Sequence record: OQ992562.1
DNA length: 64,000 nt
Strand: one strand, 5' to 3'
In this document: in pieces, positions 9,028 through 19,049 of the stretch
Numbering within the stretch: the first letter of the stretch is position 1
Layout of the letters: the number at the start of each line of letters is the position of its first letter
Made by a program: the position numbers and the translations under genes
Notes under the pieces: model-generated
What the model saw: only the letters and a program-made list of their open reading frames with translations
Told to the model about the DNA's origin: nothing
The model's database searches: none

Positions 9028-9321
9028 TTATTCTGGTAAGAATGTTCCATCTTTTTGACGGACTAATACACCTGACCATTTGAATGTATTTGTATCACTA
9101 GCAGGGCACTCTCTAATTACATTGGTTCTAAATGTGCCATGTGGATAGGTTACAGTGAATGTAATATGGTTATTACAAACATGTAATACAGAAGACTTTG
9201 CTTCTGTTAGATAGTGTAAGCCTTGAGCTAATTGAATATTAGTTAATTCAGGGTCACTAAGAATAGCGTAAAGAGCTGTTCCTATAATTTGATGTTCCCA
9301 TGATATCCATTTATTATCCAT
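9028..9321 (-). CDS. Hypothetical protein, 97 aa
   Basis: TAGG RBS; sits between tRNA genes. Confidence 0.7.
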   Translation of the reverse strand: MDNKWISWEHQIIGTALYAILSDPELTNIQLAQGLHYLTEAKSSVLHVCNNHITFTVTYPHGTFRTNVIRECPASDTNTFKWSGVLVRQKDGTFLPE

Positions 9322-9342
9322 CCTATTTACCTATTATTAAAA

Positions 9343-9418
9343 TGGTCGGAGTGGGGAGACTCGAACTCCCGACATCCTGCTCCCAAAGCAGGCGCGCTAC
9401 CAACTGCGCTACACTCCG
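9343..9418 (-). tRNA. trnP: tRNA-Pro(UGG)
   Basis: CGGAGTGTAGCGCAG...CCTGC-TT-TGG-GA-GCAGG...CCA. Confidence 0.95.
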
Positions 9419-9427
9419 TATTTAAAT

Positions 9428-9512
9428 TGGTGCCCGAAGTCGGATTCGAACCGACAAGACCGTAGCCGGAAGATTTTAAGTCTTCTGTGTTTACCAATTT
9501 CACCATTCGGGC
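9428..9512 (-). tRNA. trnL: tRNA-Leu(UAA), long variable arm
   Basis: GAAGA-CT-TAA-AA-TCTTC, 85 nt, CCA end. Confidence 0.95.
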
Positions 9513-9570
9513 ATTGTGCTTCAATACATAACATGTAATGCTAGGTATTTTATTACAACTTATTTTAAAT

Positions 9571-10023
9571 TCAACGTGGCCATTGTAAAGAAGTTATCTT
9601 ATTACCATTAATGTAGACATCGGTCACTTCGCACCAATCATTAATTCTGTGTTCAATAATTGGAACATCATTTCGGCCAGCCACTCCAATCATATTCCAT
9701 TTAACATAAATATTCATTAGATCAATTGTTAATTTCTCTTTTATGAGTTTAGGAGAAATTAATTTAATATTATTAATGTTAAAGAAGTAATTATTAACTT
9801 CTTCTAAATATTCATTAGTATTAGTAGTACTAACTTTGCCTTCATGTTCAAGTGAGGATGGTTTATTCTGATTTACAATATTGCTCACTAGACTTCTTAA
9901 AACGGCACTTGCCCTACCAGCTTCGCGTCTTTTATACTTATCATAGTCTTTTACATTAGCTGCAATTTTATCAAATTCTTTTTGGGCATAGATTAGCCCT
10001 GGTAAAAGTTCATTTTTGATCAT
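9571..10023 (-). CDS. Hypothetical protein, 150 aa
   Basis: Long ORF. Confidence 0.75.
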   Translation of the reverse strand: MIKNELLPGLIYAQKEFDKIAANVKDYDKYKRREAGRASAVLRSLVSNIVNQNKPSSLEHEGKVSTTNTNEYLEEVNNYFFNINNIKLISPKLIKEKLTIDLMNIYVKWNMIGVAGRNDVPIIEHRINDWCEVTDVYINGNKITSLQWPR

Positions 10024-10071
10024 TTTATAATTACTCTATGTTGTTTATACATATTTTAATATACATACGTA

Positions 10072-10224
10072 AAAACAAAATATAAAGCCTCCCCGAAGGG
10101 AGGCGATATATCGTCATTAATGCCCAGCAAAGAGTTTTACTCTCTGGGAGCCAGTTGGAAGGGGGACTGGCTCCGATCTATTATGACTAATGTAGAAACA
10201 AGGGGGAGGGATTATTTCTACATA
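10072..10224 (-). ncRNA. Candidate structured small RNA with two C-rich loops, ending in an intrinsic terminator
   Basis: TATG start motif, four consecutive hairpins, loops UAAUCCCUCCCCCUUG and CCCCCUUCCA, U-tract on the minus strand only. Confidence 0.5.
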
Positions 10225-10236
10225 ATATTAGATACA

Positions 10237-12177
10237 TTACTGGTAGTTTTCATTACCCATTGCTAACCTACCTTTTATAGACCGATCTACCCATTTTGCG
10301 GCGGCCTCCATGATATCAATGAATGAGTGGTATTGCCGCATTTTATTAACTTCCATCACATCATCATCAATCCCAGGGCCAAAGCATGCGAATAACAAAT
10401 CATTCCAATCATAGTAATCGATACCAGCTATTGGACTAGGGTTATCCAACATATCGTAGATTAGTCCTTCCAGTGGATCTGGTAAATCAGGGAACTTGAA
10501 GCTAAGAGTTATCTGACGTTCCAATGCCGATATAATTAAGTTCATGGCCTTAGCTGCTTCTTCTTCAGTAAGAGCTTTGAGTTTACTATCAGTAGATGGA
10601 TATTTCGCGACCACGGTGCGAGGTGAATTATAGGTACCCTTACCTGTAATAGTACCGGCAGGCCATTTAACACTAGTCTTGAATCCAGCACGTGCCTTGT
10701 CTACGATAGCCTTTGCTTCTTTGTATACGTTAGCGTCTAGGTTATGTGCATTCTTAATGAGTAGATCCAATGCAGGTTTAGTCTTCTGCCTGTAAGACTC
10801 CATTTCGCGATTAGACTTTTCTTCGAGTTTGAAGAATGGTTCTACTGCACGAATGGCATCCTCGATACTGACTTTACCATTAATACTCAGTACGTTAGCT
10901 ATACCATTACTATTGATATCGCCAGTAACGAATACCTGCTTATTAAGCCATTGTGGATTGCCAAATGTAGATTCTAGTTGTTCCAGAAATCCTCTTGCAC
11001 TGGACGATGAACGCCAGATACGTTTCTGATCACCTCGATTAGAAATGCCAAGAACTTTTTTGATTGAATCGATAAGACCTTCATTTGAGACTTGTATAAA
11101 ACCGGGAGTATTAATGATGGACTTCTCTACATACCCGCCACGAATAACCCGATTTATAAAACCATTAAGACCACTACCAGTTTCGGCCATATCTTTCATG
11201 ATTTCTATATTCGTTTCACCGGCACTTTGGGCATTGTATAAATAATAAGAACCATCTTTGAATTTCAGTATAATCCAGTCATCCCCAGTTAGATATGAAT
11301 CAATATTACTATCATTCATACTTTGATATTTAATGAATTCTGGATTAGTACTTAATACTTCTTCAATGAATTCTTCTAATGCCGCAGAATTATTAATAGC
11401 ATCAACCGGTAGAATTTCACCATCAATGGGTTCAGTAGTTGGACCAGTAACAATGGCAGGTAACGGATCCTCCTCTACAATAACAGTTTCTTCCACTGGT
11501 AGAGCACCGCAAGATAAATCAATTAGTTTATTAAAACTACTAATGATCTCACCAAGTGCTACAAGAACTGCTGGCTGTTCAACTTGTTCAACTTTAGCAA
11601 TACCAGTTTCTGTAAATTCTTCAGTAATTCGGTTATAGACTTCCACTAATTGATTAGTAAGCTCTGCTACTTTTGGCAGAGTCTGCTTAGACAGAGGTTC
11701 AACTACAGTTGTATCTGCTTCAACAAAAATAGAGTCATCTTCTTCTAAACGGCTAGTATTAGCTGAGCCAGCTGTGAAGTTATAAGGCATATCTTGAATT
11801 ACTTCATTAATTTCAGATGCCTCCATATCTTCATTTAGACGACCACTATAAGTACGCATCATACCTTCTGCTTCTTTAATAGTGGAATGCGCTAAGCGTC
11901 CCCAATCACCACGCATAATACCGCGCTCGGTAAGACCGCGTGCAGCTGAACCAAGATCAATAGGTTCTTCAATAAATGATTGTTCTTCAACCCACTCTTC
12001 ATTACTGTAACATTCTTTTAGAATGGTTTTAAATTTAGTACTAAAGGGTTGTAGAATCTTTTTATCTACTTGTTCAACATTTGTTTTAAAGTGTTCTAGA
12101 CTTGGTGTAGCTTTTGAAGATACTTTTTCAGTACCGCTATATAGCGTACGGTTTAGGAAGTTTAGCATTTTATTCAT
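10237..12177 (-). CDS. Head (internal) protein, phiKZ gp303-like, 646 aa
   Basis: Size and position beside nrdAB; ALE/SNE/GNE protease-type sites; internal KTSC-like segment. Confidence 0.65.
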   Translation of the reverse strand: MNKMLNFLNRTLYSGTEKVSSKATPSLEHFKTNVEQVDKKILQPFSTKFKTILKECYSNEEWVEEQSFIEEPIDLGSAARGLTERGIMRGDWGRLAHSTIKEAEGMMRTYSGRLNEDMEASEINEVIQDMPYNFTAGSANTSRLEEDDSIFVEADTTVVEPLSKQTLPKVAELTNQLVEVYNRITEEFTETGIAKVEQVEQPAVLVALGEIISSFNKLIDLSCGALPVEETVIVEEDPLPAIVTGPTTEPIDGEILPVDAINNSAALEEFIEEVLSTNPEFIKYQSMNDSNIDSYLTGDDWIILKFKDGSYYLYNAQSAGETNIEIMKDMAETGSGLNGFINRVIRGGYVEKSIINTPGFIQVSNEGLIDSIKKVLGISNRGDQKRIWRSSSSARGFLEQLESTFGNPQWLNKQVFVTGDINSNGIANVLSINGKVSIEDAIRAVEPFFKLEEKSNREMESYRQKTKPALDLLIKNAHNLDANVYKEAKAIVDKARAGFKTSVKWPAGTITGKGTYNSPRTVVAKYPSTDSKLKALTEEEAAKAMNLIISALERQITLSFKFPDLPDPLEGLIYDMLDNPSPIAGIDYYDWNDLLFACFGPGIDDDVMEVNKMRQYHSFIDIMEAAAKWVDRSIKGRLAMGNENYQ

Positions 12178-12227
12178 GTCTACTCTCTCGTTGATGACTG
12201 TTAATAAGAGTGCTATAGAATTGTTAG

Positions 12228-12261
12228 CATAAACCCTCCCAATTAAGGGAGGGTCATTATG
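12228..12261. terminator. CATA...TATG family hairpin
   Basis: 22-nt core ACCCTCCCAATTAAGGGAGGGT is repeated at about 13907-13928. Confidence 0.7.
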
Positions 12262-12262
12262 T

Positions 12263-12676
12263 CTACATTATATCTCGTGTACCATCATTCATTTCAACAA
12301 CAGTGACTTTATCACCAACCTTTGGTTTTTCATTGGTAACTGTTTGAACCATGTACTGCTTGCCATCTGTATTAACAATCAGTTTACATTGAAATGTTTC
12401 AGTAGCACTAACATTATTACCGACTGCGCCGCCTGCGGCACCACCGATTAAACCACCTACCCAACCTCCAGATTTACCAAAGATTGCTCGACCTAACACA
12501 GCGCCTGCGGTGGCTCCAACCGCACCTCCAACAGTAGTGCCGACAACACTACTATCTTTAGCAACTAGCTGACATTCTGAATGTGCAATAATACCATCTG
12601 TAGTTGATTTTACTTCAGTTGCTGCAAATAGGACAGTGGACCACATTAAAACTACGAATGCGATAATCTTAATCAT
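12263..12676 (-). CDS. Secreted glycine-zipper protein, SlyB/Pcp-like, 137 aa
   Basis: Signal peptide, two GxxxG-rich helices, C-terminal beta domain. Confidence 0.7.
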   Translation of the reverse strand: MIKIIAFVVLMWSTVLFAATEVKSTTDGIIAHSECQLVAKDSSVVGTTVGGAVGATAGAVLGRAIFGKSGGWVGGLIGGAAGGAVGNNVSATETFQCKLIVNTDGKQYMVQTVTNEKPKVGDKVTVVEMNDGTRDIM

Positions 12677-13836
12677 AAGAAGTCAACCTCAAATTCTTCT
12701 TCTTCACCAACATCATTTACAACGTTGACCATGTAATCAGGCTTCTCTTCTTCCTGAGGAGATGCTTGGGTTGATGAAATATCTAGGTAGTCTTCCATAT
12801 AAAGAAGTGGGTTCTTCTCTGGCCAAACAAAATCAAATCCAGCTGATTCTTTAAACTCCACTTGATACTGTTCTACAACATCATTTTCAATACTTAGGAA
12901 TGTTGCTGCGGCATTAGCATTGAAAAGTACCCAGTTAATAAGTTTAGTCGCATTAACACCAGTTAGTTCACGACCTTCAGAGAATAGATAATTAACCCAG
13001 GTAACTTCAGTCTTTACAATTTCCCATAGTAGTTCAATGATTTTATCTTTACATTGACTGTAAGCGAGTTTACCGCGTTCAGTTGCCAGTAGTGCACGAA
13101 TAACTTCTTGTCCATATTGTGCATGGATTTCGAATTCGTCTTGGGCAATTTTCTTAACAGCGGCTGCAATTTGCTGGAATGCACCAGTACGACCAATAGC
13201 AAAGGTTACTGCAAAGGATGCCATGAACTGGATACGTTCTAGGAAATATAGAGCGATGAAGAACATGAATACTTTATTGTAAAGTTCTTGATCATTGGGT
13301 ACCTGATTAAGAGCATACGCATGAACTGCGTCATGTGCTTCACCCATAGTGCGGGCTACTGCAACCATTCGTTCTTGTGCTTCTTCTACCCTAAGAATTT
13401 CGTCTAGAATAACTTTAGGATCTTTAAAGCTATTACGTACAATTTCAGAATAAGTTAAAGCATGTACGTCTTCATTATCATTAATACGTACATATCCCGC
13501 CCATACTCGTGAATCTGTCATGACAGGTGATAGAATATTAACAATGGAACGACTGGCTACAGAGTCAGCTTCCCATTGCCAGGCCAGTGTCTTAATCATC
13601 ATGTCATAAGTTGATTTATCACACGTTTCAAATTCTACTAGACAAGTGGAAAAGTCAAATTCTAGCTCATCCCAATCAAGCATCTTTAGACGCTTATATA
13701 GCTCCCACATTTTAGGATAATGAGTGTGGATTGAATCTAGTAGACCTGGATCATCTCCAAGAATAATTTCCGGTAGATGATAATCACTCTTAGCAACATT
13801 GAAGATTTTCTTTGGTAGTTGAGATTTAGTAGACAT
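12673..13836 (-). CDS. nrdB: Class Ia ribonucleotide reductase, beta subunit
   Basis: Di-metal ligands and radical Tyr (EDVHALTYS, LERIQF, DEFEIH). Confidence 0.95.
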   Translation of the reverse strand: MSTKSQLPKKIFNVAKSDYHLPEIILGDDPGLLDSIHTHYPKMWELYKRLKMLDWDELEFDFSTCLVEFETCDKSTYDMMIKTLAWQWEADSVASRSIVNILSPVMTDSRVWAGYVRINDNEDVHALTYSEIVRNSFKDPKVILDEILRVEEAQERMVAVARTMGEAHDAVHAYALNQVPNDQELYNKVFMFFIALYFLERIQFMASFAVTFAIGRTGAFQQIAAAVKKIAQDEFEIHAQYGQEVIRALLATERGKLAYSQCKDKIIELLWEIVKTEVTWVNYLFSEGRELTGVNATKLINWVLFNANAAATFLSIENDVVEQYQVEFKESAGFDFVWPEKNPLLYMEDYLDISSTQASPQEEEKPDYMVNVVNDVGEEEEFEVDFL

Positions 13837-13936
13837 ATCAGTTCCTTTACAATTTAAAAATATTTCTTACAATAAATAATAGAGGTTAGTATAAATTGGG
13901 AATAACACCCTCCCAATTAAGGGAGGGTGTATACAC

Positions 13937-16225
13937 TTAAAGAGTGCACGAACCGCCTGCACACCCAACTTCAGTATTAGTTACCTCAACAGCACGTTCA
14001 AGTGATTTAATATCAAGTCCTGCTGCTGTTTCTAGATTTACATAATACCGGGTTTTCATTCCACGTTTCACCATGTAGAAGTGATTACCTAGCATTTCAT
14101 TAGAAGAGATCTTTTCAGAACCTACAATGCGTCGGTAGAGGTCCGCACTGATTGTTTGATCAGTCCACTTTTGAATAATGGCATAGCAATCAATAAGATC
14201 TTTAGTGGGGATATCATAAGCTGATTCATACACATAGGAGTCATCATCTCCATATGGAGCAGCCCATAGCACACGTGCACCATTATCAGTCTTATTAAGA
14301 ATTAGGCGACGTACCGGGTATGGACCATTAGTTGACCCTAGTGCCTTAGATGATGCTTCACCAGGCATGTATGCAGCTAGTACGGAGTGTGCAATACCAC
14401 CATTCTCCTTAATTTCTTTCTCTAGCTCATCCCATGGATAAAGTTCTTCAAAGCCGCCTTCAATGATAGTATCCACTGACTTATTATAAGTCTTACGTGG
14501 AGTCCATCCCTCTGGCCATTTAGTCTTATGAATCCAAGGCGCATTCCCGCGTTCTTTAGAAATCTTAAGTGACGCCTTGATAAGGAAGTACATATGCCGT
14601 TCAGCAATGAAGTGGATTTCAGCTTTACCAGCATCGCTGCTATATTTAAGGCCAGCACGTGCCATATGTGTGGCTAGACCCATGATACCAACACCAGCAC
14701 TCATTCGATTCTTAGCGGTTAGTGCAAGGTGTGGGAAAGCATACTCTGCATTAAGGATACAATAGTCAATCATCTTAAGTGCGTAGTAAGCCGCCATTTC
14801 ATAAGTTTGCTTATCAGGAACGTTATCCACTGCAATAGCAGCCAGTGAACAAGTAGCAATCTCACCGCGCCCGTGATCCTCACTAGAATAAAGATCTTCC
14901 ATTCGATAGTAAGGCTTAGTGGGTTCTGCGATTTCAAGGCATAGGTTAGAACTGTAAATAGGTTCTTTAAATGGTGTATGATGATTGAGTTCATCAATTT
15001 GAGCTGAATAGATGGTTCCAGTCTCATATGCTTCAACTAGCATTGATTTGAGAAGATCCCGAGCATTTACATAAGTTTTCTCAAATTTAGGATCCGCTTC
15101 ATATTTTTCATAAAGCTTAATAAACTTATCAATATCACCACTATAGAAAGCATCATGTAGATCTGGAGCAGTAAATGGATTGAATACAAAGATCATGCCA
15201 TCTTTCTGAGCCGCTTTCTTAGCAAAGAACTTATTACTTAGGAATGCATAGTGAAGATCACGGTTCTTCCTATCCTCAGTAGAACGTGGATTACGTAGCT
15301 GAGTAATCATATCTGCTTCAGGATCGAAAGCACTGTAGTAACACGTAACAGCACCACCTCGACCATTTTGTAGGTTAGCCTTTACTGCTTTACCCATTAC
15401 ATCGATGTATGGTTTCTTACCTTGGTGAATGATTAGGCCATTACGGATAGGATCACCAATTGACCTAGTCATTAAGTTAACACCAATGCCTGCTGATGAT
15501 TGGGTCATGATGTTAGCAATATAATCGCCCATTGCCAGTGATACACCATTATCACCAGAAGCAAATAGGCAACATGATGCAAAACCACGAAGCTTAGTAC
15601 CTAGGTTAACATAATTAGGTGTTGGAGCGCTAAGAATCTTATTAGATAATAGTTTATAGAAATTCTCAACATGAGTCATGCGGGTTTCAACTGGTTCTTT
15701 CTCAGCTAATGCCATTGCCATACGCATGTACACAAATTGTGCAGTTTCATATTCTTGACCAGTTTTACGATTACGTAGAGCATACTTTCCACGAATGTGA
15801 TGAAGTGAAAAATGCGGACAAAGTAGGTCAAGATCGTGATCAATGATCTTTTCAATCTGAGCGTATTCTTTACTACTATAATCTAATTTAACAATGATAC
15901 CATCTTTACGCATCCTGGTTTGAAGCGCTTTAACAGTTGGGATGCCATTTAGACCATAGAACTTCTTACGAAGATAAATCGCATATAGTCTACCAGCCAT
16001 CAGGTAATATGACCAGGTCTTGCGATTTAGACATTCTTCAATAAGTTGTAATTGTAGTTCTTGTGATGAAGTTTTATCACCAAGAGCTTGAACAGCATCC
16101 ATTACAACACTGCTCCAATCTACCTTATCACCAAGATGTTGGGCTGCCCATTCACCCCAACCATTGATCTTAGCAGGTGAGTATGCTTCTTCAGTACCGT
16201 CTAGTTTAATGATAGTTTTTAACAT
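13937..16225 (-). CDS. nrdA: Class Ia ribonucleotide reductase, alpha subunit, 762 aa
   Basis: ATP-cone-like start (IIKLDG...AKI), SAPTP, ASCC, SNLCLEI, TRYY, C-terminal CAGGSC. Confidence 0.95.
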   Translation of the reverse strand: MLKTIIKLDGTEEAYSPAKINGWGEWAAQHLGDKVDWSSVVMDAVQALGDKTSSQELQLQLIEECLNRKTWSYYLMAGRLYAIYLRKKFYGLNGIPTVKALQTRMRKDGIIVKLDYSSKEYAQIEKIIDHDLDLLCPHFSLHHIRGKYALRNRKTGQEYETAQFVYMRMAMALAEKEPVETRMTHVENFYKLLSNKILSAPTPNYVNLGTKLRGFASCCLFASGDNGVSLAMGDYIANIMTQSSAGIGVNLMTRSIGDPIRNGLIIHQGKKPYIDVMGKAVKANLQNGRGGAVTCYYSAFDPEADMITQLRNPRSTEDRKNRDLHYAFLSNKFFAKKAAQKDGMIFVFNPFTAPDLHDAFYSGDIDKFIKLYEKYEADPKFEKTYVNARDLLKSMLVEAYETGTIYSAQIDELNHHTPFKEPIYSSNLCLEIAEPTKPYYRMEDLYSSEDHGRGEIATCSLAAIAVDNVPDKQTYEMAAYYALKMIDYCILNAEYAFPHLALTAKNRMSAGVGIMGLATHMARAGLKYSSDAGKAEIHFIAERHMYFLIKASLKISKERGNAPWIHKTKWPEGWTPRKTYNKSVDTIIEGGFEELYPWDELEKEIKENGGIAHSVLAAYMPGEASSKALGSTNGPYPVRRLILNKTDNGARVLWAAPYGDDDSYVYESAYDIPTKDLIDCYAIIQKWTDQTISADLYRRIVGSEKISSNEMLGNHFYMVKRGMKTRYYVNLETAAGLDIKSLERAVEVTNTEVGCAGGSCTL

Positions 16226-16569
16226 TGTTAATTTCCAATTGTGAGTCGTAAGTTCATGTGAAAAAGTATTCAACATATCTTTAGATCAACTTAGTATTTT
16301 TACGACCCATTTTAAATGAATTTAGTTGATCTATTGTAAAAGCATACTATGGTACATTGGATATCTTTATCTTAAAAATCCTTGTAGCCTTAGTGTCTTA
16401 AGGGTTACAGCCATATAGTCCAATATCGTTCTACCACGCTATTTAAGAGCTTTAAACAATAACCCGCTATGTACCCTTAGGTTTTATTTTATCCGCAATA
16501 TAGCTTAAAATAGAAATATACCTAAGTGCTTTTTACTATACTACTATTATTTATCGGAGTTAATTAAGA

Positions 16570-16959
16570 ATGTCTTTTTATCTACCGAGATACACCGATC
16601 CAATTGAAGCAATCGAATGGAAAAAGAACGGTGATATACCTGGTGATGGCGTTATCAACAATATCAATCAAGGTGCTATTGTTGGTTATGTCATACCTAC
16701 TAAAGAGTCTACTCTTAGTAATACGATTTGTCCATTATGTAATCTAACTGAATCTAGTCATGGTATTTTACGTGTGGGTTCAGATAAAGATAAAATTGTC
16801 TGTCCGGGTGATTTTATTATTTTAATTCGTAAAAATAATGGGCGTATATTAGATTACAAATTAATGCGTCAACGTGAATTTAATAAACTTTATCAACTGG
16901 TAACAAAAGAGGAAGCTAAACAATGGGTAATGATGTTGGATCCAGAAAAGAAGGACTAA
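16570..16959 (+). CDS. Hypothetical protein (phiKZ gp1-like), 129 aa, CxxC...H motif
   Basis: GGAG RBS; CPLCNLTESSHG. Confidence 0.75.
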   Translation: MSFYLPRYTDPIEAIEWKKNGDIPGDGVINNINQGAIVGYVIPTKESTLSNTICPLCNLTESSHGILRVGSDKDKIVCPGDFIILIRKNNGRILDYKLMRQREFNKLYQLVTKEEAKQWVMMLDPEKKD

Positions 16960-17507
16960 AGTTATATGAAGCTTTAGTTGAGGATATAATCATCACCAAT
17001 GATCTTGGTACTGGTCTTCGACCATCTCTTAATATAACCACTAATGATGGTGTAACTAGGAATGTTACATTTGATCAACTTGAGAATTTTATTAAAGTTA
17101 TAAAAGCCACGCATGATACGCAAACTGTTGGCACTCCATTACAATGGTGTATTTACAGGTATGCTCCTAATTTAGTTAAAGCTCGGTATATTGCAACTAG
17201 TTGGAAAATAACTGTAGACCATGTTAAAAAGACTTTGAATTTTCAAGGTACTTTAAACCACGAAGGTACTGTAGTTGATCATCCTAACTATGATCCAGAT
17301 ATTACCGCAAGAGAACTAATGTTCGATGAAACTATTACTGATTTTAGTCGATTTGAACAAATTGCTCTGTCTGGAAATATCGCTAACTTTAAAGAAGAAT
17401 TCAAAATGATGAAATATAGTTTTGACTTTAGTTACATTATTGAAGTTAGTAATGGCATGACTAGACTCAAGGAGTTAGCTAATGATCAAACTGGATTATC
17501 AGATTAA
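16923..17507 (+). CDS. phiKZ gp2-like protein, possibly the shell-associated ChmB homologue, 194 aa
   Basis: Second ORF after nrdA, with a size close to ChmB as I recall it; synteny only. Confidence 0.4.
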   Translation: MGNDVGSRKEGLKLYEALVEDIIITNDLGTGLRPSLNITTNDGVTRNVTFDQLENFIKVIKATHDTQTVGTPLQWCIYRYAPNLVKARYIATSWKITVDHVKKTLNFQGTLNHEGTVVDHPNYDPDITARELMFDETITDFSRFEQIALSGNIANFKEEFKMMKYSFDFSYIIEVSNGMTRLKELANDQTGLSD

Positions 17508-17988
17508 ATCAGAAGTCAATCATCTATTAAATAGATTATTAGTTAAAAACTTAGATGGCACTGTTTATTTTAGAACAACTATTAAAGAAGACGATTTAAA
17601 AGACTTACCTGTTAATCTGATTAGTCTACAAGTACTTATAAATCTATTGATAGGTTATGAAGGACTAGATATTACAACTAGTATTGAGGAATTCACACAA
17701 CAGATTAGTCTGATTCTTTGGGACATGCCTATACTAGAAAAAGGCGAAGTGGAATACCTCTATATTGAACAAGATATTAAGTTGAATGAATTAGTTATTA
17801 AACATAAAAGACCTGGTGTATTGATTGATGAGAAAGTATATGGTGAATTAACGCTATTACAAATGGCTCAAATTAATTACCTATTAGCGTCTACATTTAA
17901 GTTTAAAACTAATTTCACTTGCTGTAGTTGGGCTATTGAATTTAAAGATAATGAAGTATCTTGTAAATTCTGGCCTAAGGAAAATTAA
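17482..17988 (+). CDS. Hypothetical protein, 168 aa
   Basis: AAGGAG RBS; coupled to DHFR. Confidence 0.75.
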   Translation: MIKLDYQIKSEVNHLLNRLLVKNLDGTVYFRTTIKEDDLKDLPVNLISLQVLINLLIGYEGLDITTSIEEFTQQISLILWDMPILEKGEVEYLYIEQDIKLNELVIKHKRPGVLIDEKVYGELTLLQMAQINYLLASTFKFKTNFTCCSWAIEFKDNEVSCKFWPKEN

Positions 17989-18509
17989 TGGCTATTAAAT
18001 TAATCGTTGCCCATGACCTAAATGGTGTCATTGGATATAATAATCTATTACCTTGGCATATACCTGAGGATTTAGCTTTCTTTAAAGAAATGACAACTGG
18101 TTGCTGTGTTATCATGGGTAAAAATACTTTCTTATCCTTAGGTAGTAAACCGTTACCTAATCGTAATAACATTGTTGTATCATCAAGTTTATATCGTAAC
18201 GGTAATTATCCAGTAGCCTATGATAATAAATTAGGTGTACTCCCTAATCTAAGTGCAGCTATTGTTTATGCCACTCATTTCAATAAAGAAACTGGAAAGG
18301 ATGTATGGATCATTGGCGGTTCTCAACTTTATAAAGAAGTCATTGAAAAGGATATTTTAGACGAAATGTACATTACTACTGTCAAGATGGAAATAGATAA
18401 TAGTAGTTGTGTTTATTTCCCTAAAGAAATCATTAAATGGGATAAATGGAAATCAACCATTATTAAAGAAACTGACCTATGTACATATACCCATTGGATT
18501 AAAACATAA
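17988..18509 (+). CDS. folA: Dihydrofolate reductase
   Basis: LIVAHDLNGVIG, LPWHIPEDL, VIMGKNT, KPLPNRNNIV, IIGGSQLY. Confidence 0.95.
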   Translation: MAIKLIVAHDLNGVIGYNNLLPWHIPEDLAFFKEMTTGCCVIMGKNTFLSLGSKPLPNRNNIVVSSSLYRNGNYPVAYDNKLGVLPNLSAAIVYATHFNKETGKDVWIIGGSQLYKEVIEKDILDEMYITTVKMEIDNSSCVYFPKEIIKWDKWKSTIIKETDLCTYTHWIKT

Positions 18510-18544
18510 TAATAGCCTTCCCCAGGGGAAGGCTTTATGTCATG

Positions 18545-18573
18545 TATTCAAACATATTTAAACAGTATATTAC
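18545..18573 (+). promoter_or_regulatory. Early promoter (TTTAA...TATATTAC)
   Basis: TATTCAAACATATTTAAACAGTATATTAC; matches the phiKZ early consensus. Confidence 0.8.
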
Positions 18574-18624
18574 AAAGGTGAATTAAATATAGATTATTCT
18601 ATTTATTATTGAGGAGTGCAGTCC

Positions 18625-19029
18625 ATGAAAAACTCTAAGAAAACAACTTATAATGCAATCGATCTAAGTAAATTAAGTAAAGATATGTTCAGTGGTGGTA
18701 GAACCTGGGCAGCGGTTGAGTTTGCAATAAATTGTGCAAATGAGTTAATGGAGTTAAATAGTAAAGGAAATACTATTTTATTTGATGACGATATTGTCGA
18801 CAAAGTTGAATTTGAACTTAAGATCTATGATTGGTGTGATGCACCACATGGCTGTTATCTTTATAGATCTTTATGGAAGAATACTCAGGAAATTGTCTTT
18901 GGTGATAATGTAAATAAAGATGGAAGACTTGTATTGACTAAAGAAGAAGTACGTGAATACTTTTCAAGATTCAAAATTTTCCGTAGTGTCATGTACTTAT
19001 CCAACAGTATTAAAAAGTTAAAAGGGTAA
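18625..19029 (+). CDS. Early hypothetical protein, 134 aa
   Basis: Start at ATG 8 nt after GAGGAG. Confidence 0.75.
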   Translation: MKNSKKTTYNAIDLSKLSKDMFSGGRTWAAVEFAINCANELMELNSKGNTILFDDDIVDKVEFELKIYDWCDAPHGCYLYRSLWKNTQEIVFGDNVNKDGRLVLTKEEVREYFSRFKIFRSVMYLSNSIKKLKG

Positions 19030-19049
19030 CCCTCCCCTACCGATAATAC

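Noticed and set aside
9327-9524. 65-aa ORF in the track
   Set aside because: It is a translation through tRNA-Leu and tRNA-Pro; the same applies to the extended start of 8670-8927 over a hairpin
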